Below are positions 1-11,984 of a stretch of DNA of 64,000 nt, one piece after another; position 1 is the first letter of the stretch, and each line of letters opens with the position of its first letter. The translations under genes were made by a program, and so were the position numbers. Origin of the DNA: Chiloscyllium plagiosum (lineage: Eukaryota); contig NC_057719.1 of the NCBI RefSeq assembly GCF_004010195.1, positions 52,906,745-52,970,744 on the forward strand. The letters run 5' to 3'. The notes under the pieces are model-generated. The model worked only from the letters and a program-made list of their open reading frames with translations, was not told the origin of the DNA and did no database searches.

Positions 1-946
1 TATTAATAGTAACATTAGCAAACTTGCTGATGATACAAAGCTGGGTAGCAGGGGGAGATATGAGGAGGATGTTAGGAGATTACAGGGTGACCCAGACAGG
101 TTAGGTGAGTGGACAAATGCATGGCAAATGCAGTTTAATGTGGATAAATGTATGGTTATCCACTTTGGTGGCAAGAACAGGAAGGCAGATTACGACCTAA
201 ATGGAGTCAAGTTAGGTAAAGGGGCAGTACAAAGAGATCTGGGTGTTCTTGTACACCAGTCAATGAAGATTAGCATGCAGGTACAGCAGGTGGTGAAGAA
301 GGCTAATAGCATGCTGACCTTCATAACAAGAGGGATTGAGTATAGAAGCAAAGAGGTTCTTCTGCAGCTGCACAAGGCCCTGGTGAGACCGCACCTGGAA
401 TATTGTGTGCAGTTCTGGTCTCCAAATTTGAGGAAAGACATTCTGGCTATTGAGGGAGTGTAGCGTAGGTTCACGAGGTCAATTCCTGGAATGGCGGGAC
501 TATCTTATGTTGAAAGATTAGAGCGACTGGGCTTGTATACCCTTGAGTTTAGAAGACTGAGAAGGGATTTGATTGAGACATATAAGATTATTAAAGGATT
601 GGACACTCTGGAGGCAGGAAACATGTTTCTGCTGATGGGCGAGTCCCGAATCAGAGGACACAGCTTAAAAATAAGGGGCAGGCCATTTAGGACAGAGATG
701 AGGAGAAACGTCTTCACCCAGAGAGTGGTGGGTGTGTGGAATGCTCTGCCCCAGAACAGAGTGGAGGCCCAGTCTCTGGAGTTGTTTAAGAAAGAATTGG
801 ATAGAGCTTTCAAGGATAGTGGAATCAAGGGTTATGGAGATAACGCAGGAACAGGATACTGATTGAGAATGATCAGCCATGATCATAATGAATGGTGGCG
901 CAGGCTCGAAAGGCAGAATGGCCTACTCCTGCACCTATTGTCTATT
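1..946 (+). mobile_element. CR1-clade LINE 3' end (RT C-terminus plus 3' UTR), disrupted, runs off the window start
   Basis: Starts with SKLADDTKLG (FADDTK-like). ORFs 128-463 (MQFNVDKC...LVRPHLEYCVQFWSP) and 491-862 (LSYVERLERLGLYTLEFRRLRRDLIETYKI...FTQRVVGVWNALP) are separated by an in-frame TAG. CR1-type tail GCCTACTCCTGCACCTATTGTCTATT. Confidence 0.95.
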
Positions 947-1254
947 ACCTTACATGGTATGGTCTGGAGTGTTTGGGATGTGGATTTGGACTACACAATG
1001 TTTGCTAATGCCAAGCGTTCACAAAGCATGAATGAGTCTCTGGTTTTTCATTTTAGTGCATGGCTGTCTGTGCAATGGAGTTGTCCCCACATCACTTGAA
1101 ATCAAAGTCCCCTCCCCAACAGAATAAAATACTTAACCCTACCTATTCATTTGCTATTGCAGCTATTTTCATCTCCGTCTCCATTACACAGTTCTGATTT
1201 ATAGCACGATGGAAGGAAGCAGTAGTAACTCTTCAAACAATAAGCCTCAGCCTA

Positions 1255-1350
1255 AAAGAAAAGTATTGGAGAAGCTCAGCAACTCTGGCAGCACCTATAG
1301 AATGTGAGACAGGATTACAATTCGAGTCCAATAAGACTCTTATTTGGAAT
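1255..1350 (-). mobile_element. Degenerate family-2 PLE-derived hammerhead repeat fragment
   Basis: TTGGAGAAGCTCAGCAACTCTGGCAGCACCT...TTCGAGTCCAATAAGACTCTT resembles the family-2 copies at 34893 and 54715. Confidence 0.55.
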
Positions 1351-1920
1351 AAGTTCTGTGTCTGTCTGTATTAGTAGTGGCTTTAAAGTGAGAGGTTTAA
1401 AGTTTCAGTAGTAGAGTTATATGTTGATGGTTATAGTTTTGTTTACCTGTGGCTAAAATTTATTCATTGTAATAAATAGTACTGCTTTTTAAGTACAGGA
1501 ACTTGGTCAGTGTGTTCCATTAACCTGATTCCATTAGACAGATAAATTGGAGAATTTGCATATTTTGATTAAATCATTAACTTTTTGGGGAGCCCTGGGA
1601 AGAGTGGTGCTTGAGAGTTAGGGCACTCTATCAACTGTATTATAACAATGGCTACTCAATTGCTGTGCATGTGGTGCATGTGAGAGATTGATGTAGGATT
1701 GTGGCTTTCAGTAACATGTCCATTCCCTTGACTGAGGTCTGCTGACAAGCATGACAAGCTGCCTGGTTGTGTGTGTGTATTAAACTGCAAGGCAGGACAG
1801 AAATAATCTGTGCCTTTAAACTGTGTTTGAGGGAGCAAAACAAGACAATGCAAAACAAATCAAGGCAAGAGAATGAGTGATGCTGTTAGCATCCAGGCAT
1901 GTGAACTGAGTGAATGCTAA

Positions 1921-2460
1921 GAATGTGTGCATTTCTGGTCTCCTTCCTATTGGGAAGATATTGTGAAACTTGAAAAGGGTTCAGAAAAGATTTACAAAAT
2001 GTTGCCAGGGTTGAAGGGTTTGAACTATAGGGAGAGGTGGGGTAGGCTTAGGGCTGTTTTCCCTGGAGCGTTGGAGGCTGAGGGGTGACCTTATAGAGGT
2101 TTATAAAATCATGAGGGGCATGGATAGGCTAAATAGATAAAGTTGCTTCCCTGGTATGGGGGAGTGCAGAACTAGAGAGCATAGGTTTAGGGTGAGAGGG
2201 GAAAGATATAAAAGAGACCTAAGGGGCAACTTTTTCATGCAAAGGGTGGTATGTGTATGGAATGAGCTGCCAGAGGAAGTGGTGGAGGCTGGTACAATTG
2301 CAACGTCTAAGAGGCATCAGGATGGGTATATGAATAGGGACGGTTTGGAGATACATTTGCAGGGTGCTGGCAGGTGGGACTAGATTGAGTTGGGATATCT
2401 GGTCGGCATGGACAAGTTGGACCGAAGGGTCTGTTTCTGTGCTGTACATCTGTGACTATG
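1921..2460 (+). mobile_element. HER1/CR1-like LINE 3' fragment
   Basis: ORF 2156-2383 (RTREHRFRVRGERYKRDLRGNFFMQRVVCVWNELPEEVVEAG) and tail GGACCGAAGGGTCTGTTTCTGTGCTGTACATCTGTGACTATG. Confidence 0.93.
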
Positions 2461-2922
2461 CCTATAACTAAGAAAGTGCATGAACTAGGTGCGTCTTACA
2501 TTGCAGGTTTCTTGCTGTGGAATTTCAATGAGAAGTGCTGGAGTGCAACAAAGTACATCATTGAAGTACAAAAGTACACTGTACATAGATTAGATATGTG
2601 CTACAATGATATGGAGAGGCTGGCAGATTTTGAATGCCGATGTTCATGACATTGGTTGCCTTTGGCTGCTGTTCATGGAGCATGCCCTGAAATGTTTGTG
2701 CAAAGTGTCCAAGAATAGAGACCACAGTCACCAGGTACCCATTCTGACTTTCATGTCAGGAATTCTTATCATCCAGTTTTTATTCGATGGTTAGAAAAAT
2801 GGGGGCATGCATATTGTGTAGGAACAAGGGTGATAATGAGGGCTAACCCTGTGAATAGGGTCACTATTCAGTAGCATGAATCTCATCTTAATATCTGGGG
2901 TTTGCTTAGAAAATACAACTTT

Positions 2923-3252
2923 ATAGAATCCCTACAGTGTGGAAGTAGGCCATTTTGCCTAAGAAGCCCACACCAGCGCTTTGAAAAGCATCCCATGCAG
3001 ACCCAACCCCTAGTCTATTTGCTAATCCTCCTAGCCTGCACATCCCTGGACACTATGGGCAATTTAGTATGGCAGGCCAGTCCACCTAACCTGCACATCT
3101 TTGAAATGTTGGAGAAAACTGGGGCATATAGAGGAAACCCATGTAGACATGGGAGGAGATGTGCAAACTTCACACAGACAGTTGTCCGAAGTTGGAATCG
3201 AACCCAGGTGTTGTGAGACAACAATGCTAACGACCGAGCCACCATGCCACCC
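2923..3252 (-). mobile_element. HE1-like tRNA-derived V-SINE (diverged)
   Basis: Minus strand reads GGTGGCATGGTGGCTCGGTCGTTAGCATTG...GGTTCGATTCC (A/B boxes), then the V-domain core GTGAAGTTTGCACATCTCCTCCCATGTCTACATGGGTTTCCTC and a CR1-like tail. Confidence 0.9.
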
Positions 3253-4169
3253 ATTTGGCTGTCTGGACATCAGGAAAGGACTTAGGACTTAGTTGACATT
3301 TCACACAGTTCTCCCACGGAGTGTACCCTTGGATGCTGGAAACTAGTTTCAACATGGAAGTCGTCTGGAGCAAGCGGTGAGCTGAGTCCACTAGCTGCTT
3401 GCTGTGGTTTCTTTGTCAAGTGTGTTTGGTGGATTTGGTAAGATGGGAAGCTGAATATTAATGAGTTGAGTTTGACTATTAGCAAGACATTTTTCAAGCA
3501 ATAATCCCTGTCAGTTGGCAACTCGCCGTTGCCTAATGAGACTCTTGCCATCCTGCTTGTGAAAAAAAAAAAGATGGTGCAAGTTGATTCTGAAATCAAG
3601 ATGGGCATCACTACAATTGGTGCCCAATGTTGCCACACATCCTAGCCACATCAGTCAGACCCTTATAAGATTCCACCCTCTCTCGTTCTTTTGACTTCAC
3701 AAGGGGACTGACTACTGTACTCCAGTTGAACTAGAAAAGCTATTAGATAGATTTTACAAGTCATTTATAGTTTGTTAGAGATCTTGAGCGGTACCTGGTG
3801 CAAAAAAAGCATTATTAGATGAGCAAAAGGATTATACACTTAAACATGGATAATTTTTAATTTTCAAAATAACAAGATTTTCTTAATATAGTCTGAGTCC
3901 AGATTGTTTAAATGTCATGCAAATAGTACACCCCAATTCCTAAACTCTGACAACCTTCAGGAATAATTTCTGATGTCAGGGAACAACATAATGCAATCAA
4001 GACTTATATTTGTCCCATGAGAATGCTCTGCCTGAAATAGGACCCAGTTATATTTATTTCTTATCATACAACAGTCCTGTACTTATATCATGTGCAAATA
4101 TGTAATTCATAGATTTCACATTTTGCCAAAGCCAGATTCCTAGGTGATTATAAATGTGGTCAATTATTA

Positions 4170-4614
4170 ATAGTCTCTAATCAGAAGTTTGAGAGTTCAT
4201 AGTTCCACTCTAGACTTTGCAGCACAAAAAGGCTAGTCTGACATGCTCAGACGGTCCTAAGAGACTACTGCACTATCAAAGCTGTTGCCTTTCAGATAAA
4301 AAATTGAAACCAGCCCCCATTTGCTTTCTCAGGTGGATGAAAAGAAATCTTATAGCCCTATCTGAATAAAGAGCAGGAGAATCCTCTCCTGTGCTGCAGC
4401 TAATTATTATCTCTCAATCAAATATCACTGAAAACAGTTTATTTGGTCATTACCATATCACTGTTAGTGTGAGCTTTCCAAGTAAAGATTACTACCATGC
4501 ATACTAGATTAGAATAGTAATTCAACCTCAAAAACATTTATTGATTGTAAAGCACTTTGGGATATTCTGAGGTCATATGAAACTGCTATAGAAATACAAG
4601 GCTTTCTTTCTTTC
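4170..4614 (+). mobile_element. Deu-domain SINE (SacSINE1/AmnSINE1-like), old
   Basis: TCTCAGGTGGATGAAAAGAAATC...GAGCAGGAGAATCCTCTCCTGTGCTGCAGCTAATTATTATCTCTCAATC...AACAGTTTATTTGGTCATTA...TGTAAAGCACTTTGGGA...TTTCTTTCTTT matches my recollection of the Deu core and tail. A paralogous copy lies at 17590. Confidence 0.75.
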
Positions 4615-5974
4615 AACCTTTGCCTCAACATTATAAGCATCGCTAATAATATAGCAAGTACAGAGACTGTACCATACTGGTAATGTGGTATGTGCTCAAA
4701 CTGAAATTGATTTAACTTTCTCTCATATTGCGATATGATGATAACACAATAACTTGTCTAGTTAGATCACCTTAAAGCATCTCAGCACAGTTATTTAAAA
4801 TTAGGTTACATGCAATGCTGGATTGAAACTGTATTGAAATGCATTTTTTTCATAATAATCAGTCTCATCTGTTTATCAATTTTTATCAAGTTATCCCTCT
4901 CAGCTGTATCAAAGAATAATGTTCAAGGCAATTATTTTTGGGAAAAACTGCTGTCTTAATAAACTGACCAATATGCAGATTTTTCTTTCTACTGCATTGA
5001 GGGAGAACAAATATTTTCAAAGCAGACACACCATTATTCATTGCACCCAAAGCAGAAATACTACCCATCAGATTCTAATGTTTTTGCTGATGTCTGTTCG
5101 GCCCTGAAAATCCACACCAAGTGTATAGGCCTCACTCCAAAGAAATACTTGAAAGTGATGAGTTAATACTTGAAATCTCAAGTCCCAGATCTTAGAGGAA
5201 CCTCCAATATCAATCTGAATCAACTTTTAGAAGCTGTGTTGGAGTCTGAGTTCACTCATTCCAAAATAGTTTGTGCCTAACTACCCAAGAATGAACAGTT
5301 ATTACTAAAGCATGGGCAAAAGTACAGTACTCCCACAATATGGCATCAGTGTTGATGTAACTTATGCATTCAGGTCTCTGGAGTGGAAACTAAAATCACA
5401 AATGTCTGCATTGAAAATGCTACCTCTGAGCCATGCTGACAAGTTCTCAGGTCTCTTTGGAGAGAGGCCTCCTCTTCATCCCCCTCCCCCACCTCGATTA
5501 TCCCATACATCTCCCAAAACATCTTGTGGCCATGAAGGACTGGGGTCCATCACCCCTGATCCTTGCTGAAGTCTGATTTGAACAATGGAGCAGGTGCTTC
5601 CCACTCACTTCCTGGCTTTATGTGAATGAAACAAGTCATTCAAATGAACTACTGCTGCTGCTCTGGGATGAGATGATCTCAATGGGCTGCATTCCCATTC
5701 AAGAATTAAGATTAATCTCATTTTCTCCATCTCTTTGATAGATGTTTTCATTAGTTATCTGTTCACTTTCAAGCCTTCATTTGCTTTATTTATATTTGTA
5801 AATGTAATCTTATCACAATCCACACCTATTACAGTCTTCAGTTCTGTAAGAATACATCTGCAAGATGGCAGGAGTAAGACACTCCAGCTCATTCATTCTG
5901 CCTGCTCTTCTTTTTGCCTCCATCCTCGTGTGCCTTTCCTTCTTCTCCTTCTTTGTCGATTGCCTTCAAATTGC

Positions 5975-6350
5975 AGCTTCTGACAACGACTCCTGGCCTC
6001 CTGCAACCTCCATTGAGGAGTGATGATCCCTGGCCTCTGGACACAACTCCTGGCCTGGTGCAGCGGACTCTTGTGGTGGCCTCCCAGCTTCCCAGAGTGA
6101 CCTCTTGCTGTGGCGTGGCAAGGCAAAGTCCTGGCCTCCCATAGCAACATCCTGCTGTCAGCGTGATGACCTGCCAGTGTGGCATGGCAATCTCCTGGCC
6201 TGGCACAGTGACCTCCTCCCACAGCAGCCACCCAGCCTGGCACAGCAACTTCCTCCCACAGCGGCAACCCAGTCTGGCATGGAAACTTTCCGGCCTCCTG
6301 CAGCAGCATCCCAATGTGGCATGTCTCTGGCACTGTGTGCAGCCAGGGCC
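5975..6350 (+). repeat. GC-rich degenerate tandem repeat built on (C)CTGGC motifs, possibly the 3' UTR of an unclassified retroposon
   Basis: Recurring CTCCTGGCCTC / CCTGGCACAG / ACCTCCTCCCACAGCAGC units. The lack of stops explains the overlapping ORFs on both strands. Confidence 0.55.
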
Positions 6351-8750
6351 TAGTATGGACTGGAAGCTAAGTGCCAGTGTAGTCTGCTACACTTACCTCT
6401 TTTCTGTAATGCTGAACATTTCACTTCTGCATTGTCTAAACCTTTACAACAAATTAAGTTGTGACTAGGTATTTTTGTATCTAATTCAGCGTTGTAACTG
6501 GCAACGTAAAACCTTTCACTATCCTGATTGTGGCAGTAAAGGCTGACCTATTTAATCTTGAAAAAAACTCTTTTGCTGTTACCTGTAATAAAAACTAGAT
6601 GATCCATAATTTCCATTTTTCATGAATTTACAAACAGGAAAATAAAGGTATTTTTAAAATCCCAACTGATGCAAAAAATGATAGAGTATTGTTTGTCTGG
6701 AAATTAACCATTATTGATTAAATCTTAATAACTGATGAAACTTGAGAGGGATCACAATGTGCAGAAAATAAGAAAAAAAATTTCATAAAATATTATTCAT
6801 AAAATCATTCTTTTTTATTCCCACATGCAGTTAGAACAGACCTGCATCGTTTGCTGTTAATCACATAGCAGTGGATTTCTTTCTGAAAAGGTGACAGGTT
6901 AAATGAGCGCTTGACAGTTTCAGTCTAATTTAGTCTCCATGGGATTAAATGTGTAATAGAAATGTGCTCTCAAATGCAACCTGACCTTGTAGGGCATCTG
7001 TAATTTCAGTTTCTAGGGAGCCTGATTGGATCTGGGAGATGGAATGTATGACCTATTGTTGCTGGTTCATATCGTATGCAACTTGTGCCCATTTATCCTG
7101 TGCATGTTATTGGTTACTTGACAACTGTTAAATCTTTCTCTTTATGACTAGAATGACCACCAACATAATTTTACAGCAGTTTGTTGTGTCCTAATACAGC
7201 AAAATGCAGGATATATAGTAACATCCACAACTCTGACCATGGGATGCTCTCGGTATTAACCATCAAGTGGAAAGTCAGAAATTTGAAGGATAAGTCATGT
7301 GTCAGAACATTTTCACAAATGTAAAAGAATAATATTCATTCATGATGGCAAGATCATCTCTTCATATCATTCAAAAAAAAACTTATATGAATATGGAGAC
7401 TTTAACAAAGTAAAATGTCTCAAGGCCCTTCACTGAGACACGATAAAACCAAATTTAGCATGAAACCGTAGGTGGAGCTATTTGGGCAGGTGACAAAACA
7501 AAATGGTCAAAAATGGTAGGAATTTAGAAGAGTTTTAAATGAGAGGCTAGAGATGGAATTCCAGATCTTAAGGAAGAGGCGACTAAAAGTTCAGCCACAA
7601 ATGGCAGATCAATCGAAACGGGGGTACTCAGGAAACCAGAGTTAGAGGAGCAATGATATTTCAGAAAGTGATAAGGTTGGAACAGAATCCAGGCCATGGA
7701 GAGATTTGAAAATAAGGATGAGAATCTTAAAATAGAGTGAATGGTGGGGAATGACATCTTTTGCAAAAGCTAACTCTATGTCTCAAAATATATGCCTCGC
7801 ACTGTATAAGCGTGAATCCATTCCTCATACAGACAGAAAATATGAAATCAAGGATGAAAGAAGACATTCACTCCACCGAAACCTCACTCTTTAATAGACT
7901 GGGGGAAATGTTGGGTCTTTTGGGAAGGGAACGTTTTAATCTCAGTTTAAGGATGTGTAGGAACTTAAGAACAGGTTAAGTTGAAATTGAATCAATCTGC
8001 TATGCTTGTATTAGAGGCAAGCCTACAAAACCACTCTCAGGAAGCAGGGAGGAAACTAAAATGTTTAAAGGCATTCAAGGCCTTAGTTTTAATAATTTTT
8101 CAAACATCAGATCATAAAAGCATTGACCTTAGACATTCCAGAAAGTAAAAGGTGAGAAATTTGTTAAATGCTTTTTTGGCCACAGGTTTTTGGCTCTGGA
8201 CAGGAAATGTTTTCTCTATGATCAGCATGATTAACTCATATCATCAACGATTCATAAATCAGTCAAATCCTGTACCTGTGGAGTAAAGGATTGACTATAC
8301 CTTTACTGAAGGAATATCAACTGAGTAGGCAGGTAAGGAATTCTGTCACATGGTAACATCTGATCACATGGAACCGGAGACAGTCTGTAGGGTTCCAAAG
8401 AAATATTCTTTATTACTATTGCTTGAATAATGTTATGTTCAATGATAGCTAATCGTGTTTAGTAACCAGAATGTAAACATTGCCTTACTACACTCCTTAT
8501 GCCATGGGCAGAATCTTCTGCTCTTGCTGGTTGTGTAGTGAGAAGCAGGGAGCGTTTGTAATTACATAGAATACCAAACACTGTCAGATATCTGCATCCA
8601 GCAGAAATAGATTCTGGGAGGGAACGTGAAAGATCAAGTTTTCCCACCCTATGGTATTTGAGACTCTTCAATGGCTAGTTAAGAGCCTCATATTTCCCCA
8701 TGCTAGAGTTAGCCCAGCTGCAGGTGGTCCAGTCTGTTTTACCCTTCCAT

Positions 8751-8866
8751 TCTGAAGGAGGGCCACTGGACCCGAACTGTTAACTTTGCTTTCACTCCAA
8801 AACTGCTGCCAGACCTGCTGAGTCTTCCCAGCAATTTTTGTTTTTGCTTCTGATCTCCAGCATCTT
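8751..8866 (+). mobile_element. Family-2 PLE-derived hammerhead repeat (core degraded)
   Basis: TCTGAAGGAGGGCCACTGGACCCGAACTGTTAACT followed by GCTGCCAGACCTGCTGAG...TCTGATCTCCAGCATCT. Confidence 0.8.
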
Positions 8867-9574
8867 TAGTTTTTTTTTCCTAAATAAATATGTTTCTTTA
8901 TGTTGGTGAATGGAATCGCAAAGCACATTGCTTCTTTATAAATGCAAATGTATTCACTTTTGTCTCTCCTAAATTAATTTCACTTGTTTCTACTTATGTT
9001 GATAATGTTTCTCTTCAGCTGCATCCATGTTCTTCCACAAAGTATGCCATCAACAAATTGGACGACCTGACCTGTATTGATGTAGTCTATGTCACAAACT
9101 GAGGGTCTGAATCTTTTGAGCGCAGGAAATCAGAAACAGATTACTACTACACTTGTGAATTCCTTAAGTCCAATGCCACTATGCATTTCTTTTGTAATCT
9201 CCTGATCCCAAATTTCACAGAAATGTGCAGTGCAGCATTGCTCAGTAAGGCCTCTTAGAGAGGAGTAGAGGAAGGGCAATTAGGACATGATCCCTACATG
9301 CTGTTGTAACTTAGATAGTAAGTTTAACTGGTCATACTTTGAATGGATGTGTGAATGGATGAGTGGTTGACTCCATGAATTGAGTCTGTGAGGTGGATGA
9401 GATGTGTATGGTGAGTAGATAGACACTATATGTAGTGAGTAAGTAAGTGGTGTGGGTGAGGTGGATAAATGGTGGTTGTGCAATGATGTGTACATTCCTT
9501 TCTTAACCATCCCTTTATTTTGTAGCTTAAACAAATATCAACGATTGCAAATTCAACACAACTGAAGCAGAACT

Positions 9575-11984
9575 TAGAGTCGTAGAGCCACAGAGATATA
9601 CAGCACAGCAATAGACCCTTCAGTCCAACTCGTCTATGCTAATCATTTTTCCTAAACTAATCTAGTCCCACATGCCAGCACTTGGCCCATATCCCTCAAA
9701 GCCCTTCCTGTTCATATACCCATCCAGATGCCTTTTAAATGTTGTAATTGTACCAGGCTCCATCACATCCTCTGGAGATTCATTCCATACATGAACCACC
9801 CTCTGCATGCCCCTTAGGTCCCTTTTAAATTTTTCCCCTCTCACTCAAAACTAACGCCCTCTAGTTCTGGACTCTCTCACCCCAGGGAGAAGACCTTGTC
9901 TATTCATCATATCCATGCCCCTTATGATTTTATAAACCTCTAGAAGATCACCCCACATCCTCTGACACTCCAGGGAAGACAGCCCCAGCCTATTTTGGCT
10001 CAAATTCTCCAACCTTGGCAACATCCTTGTAAATCTTTCCTGAACCCTTTCAAGTTTCACATCCTTCTGATAGGAAGGAGACCAGAATTCCACATAATAT
10101 TCCAAAAATGGCTAAACAAATGTCCTGTACAGCTGCAACATGACCTCCCAACTCCTATACTCAATGCTCTAACCAATGAAGGAAAGCATACCAAACACCA
10201 CCCTCACCGTCCTATCTACCTGCAACTCCACTTTCAAGGAGCTATGAACCTGTACTCCAAGGTCTCTTTGCTCAGAAACACTCCCCAGGACCTTACCATT
10301 AAGTGTATAAGTATTGCTCTGATTTGCTTGTTCAAAATGCAGTACCTCTGATTTATCCAAATTAAACTCCATCTGTCACTCCTTAACCCATTGGCCCATC
10401 TGCTGAAGATCCCGTTGTAATCTAAGGTAACCTTCTTCATTGTCCATTACACTTCCAATGTTGGTGTCATCTGCACAGTTACTAACTATACCTCCTATGT
10501 TCACACACAAATCATTTATATAAGTGACAAAAATAGTGGACCCAGCACCAATCCTTGTGACACACTACTGGTCACACACCTCCAGTCTGTAAAAGCAACC
10601 CTCCACCACCACCTGCCTTCTACCTTCGAGCCAGTTCCGTATCCAAATGGCTAGTTATGCCTGTATTCCTTAAGATCTAACCTTGCTAACCAGTCTACCA
10701 TGAGGAAACTTGTCGAATACCATACTGAAGTCCACATAGATCACGTTCACCACTCCGCCCTCAATCCTGTTTGTTACTTGTTTGAAAAACTCAATCAAGT
10801 TAGTGAGACATGATTTCCCACACACAAAGCCATGTTGACTATCTCTAATCAGTCCTTGCCTTTCCAAATACATGTACATCCTGTCCCTCAGGATTCCCTC
10901 CAACAACTTACCTACCACCAATGTCAGGCTCACTGGTCTATAGTTCTCTGGCTGTCCTTACCACCTTTCTCAAATAGTGGCATCACGTTCGACAACCTCC
11001 AGTCTTCTGGCACCTCACCTGTGACTATCAATGATACAAATATCTTAGTAAGAGGCCCAGTAATCACTTCCCTAGCATCCCACAGAGTTCTGTGGTGCAC
11101 ATGATCAGGTCCTGGAGATTTATCCACTTTTATTCATTTCAAGTCATCCAGAACCACCTCCTCTGTAACATGAAACTTTTTCAAGATGTCACCATATATT
11201 TCCCCAAATATCTTCCATGTCCTTTTTCTCAGTAAAAACTGATGCAAAATATTCGTTTAGTATCTTCCCCATTTCCTGCAGCTCCACACATAGGCTGTCT
11301 TGCTGATCTTTGAGGGGCCCTATTCTCTCCCTAGTTACCCTTCTATCCTTAAAATCCCTTTGAATTTTGGTTAACCCTATTTGCCAAAGCTATCTCATGT
11401 CCCCTTTTTGGCCTCCTGATTTCCCTCTTAAGTATACTTCTACTGCTTTTATATTCTAAGGATTCACTTGATCAATCCTGTCTATACCTGACATATGTTT
11501 CCTTCTTAACCAAACCCTCATTTTCTCTCATCATCCAGCCTTTCATCATATACCTACCAGCCTTTCCTTTCACTCTTAACAGGAATATATTGTCTCTGGA
11601 CTCTCGTTATCTCATTTCTGAAGGCTTTCCATTTTCCAGCCGTCCCGTTACCTGCCCAAATTGGCATCTGAAAATTCTTGCCTAATACTGTCAAAATTGG
11701 CCTTCCTCTAATTTAGAACTTCAATTTTTAGATTTGGTCTATCCTTTTCCATCACTATTTTAGAACTAATAGAATTATGGTTGCTGGACCAAAAGTGCTC
11801 TCCCACTGACACCTCAGTCACCTGCCCTGCCTTATTTCCCAAGAGTAGGTCAAGTTTTGCACCTTCTCTAGGTAGGTACATCCACATACTGAATCAGAAA
11901 ATTTTCTTGTGCACACTGAACAACTTCCTCTCCATCTAAACCCTTAATACTATGGCAGTCCCAGTCTATGTTTGGAAAGTTAAG
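9575..11984 (-). mobile_element. HER1/CR1-like LINE, about 2.4 kb 5'-truncated ORF2 pseudogene
   Basis: Collinear minus-strand ORF pieces: DKSPGPD...VPEDWR, SLTLVVGKLLEGILRD...QHGFVCGKSCLTNLIEFF...IYVDFSMVFDKFPH, MEFNLDKSEVLHF, EYYVEFWSP, QRVVHVWNE. The tail is at about 9575. Many frameshifts. Confidence 0.96.

Noticed and set aside
128..862. ORFs of 111 and 123 aa as host genes
   Set aside because: They are consecutive pieces of CR1 ORF2 split by a stop, with homologous fragments throughout the window.
1350..1648. Possible LTR 3' half (AATAAA, ends TATAACA)
   Set aside because: No second copy, 5' end or TSD in the window to support it.
5889..6468. Longest ORFs in the track (141-146 aa), overlapping on both strands
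   Set aside because: They arise from a GC-rich degenerate repeat and have no recognisable domain.
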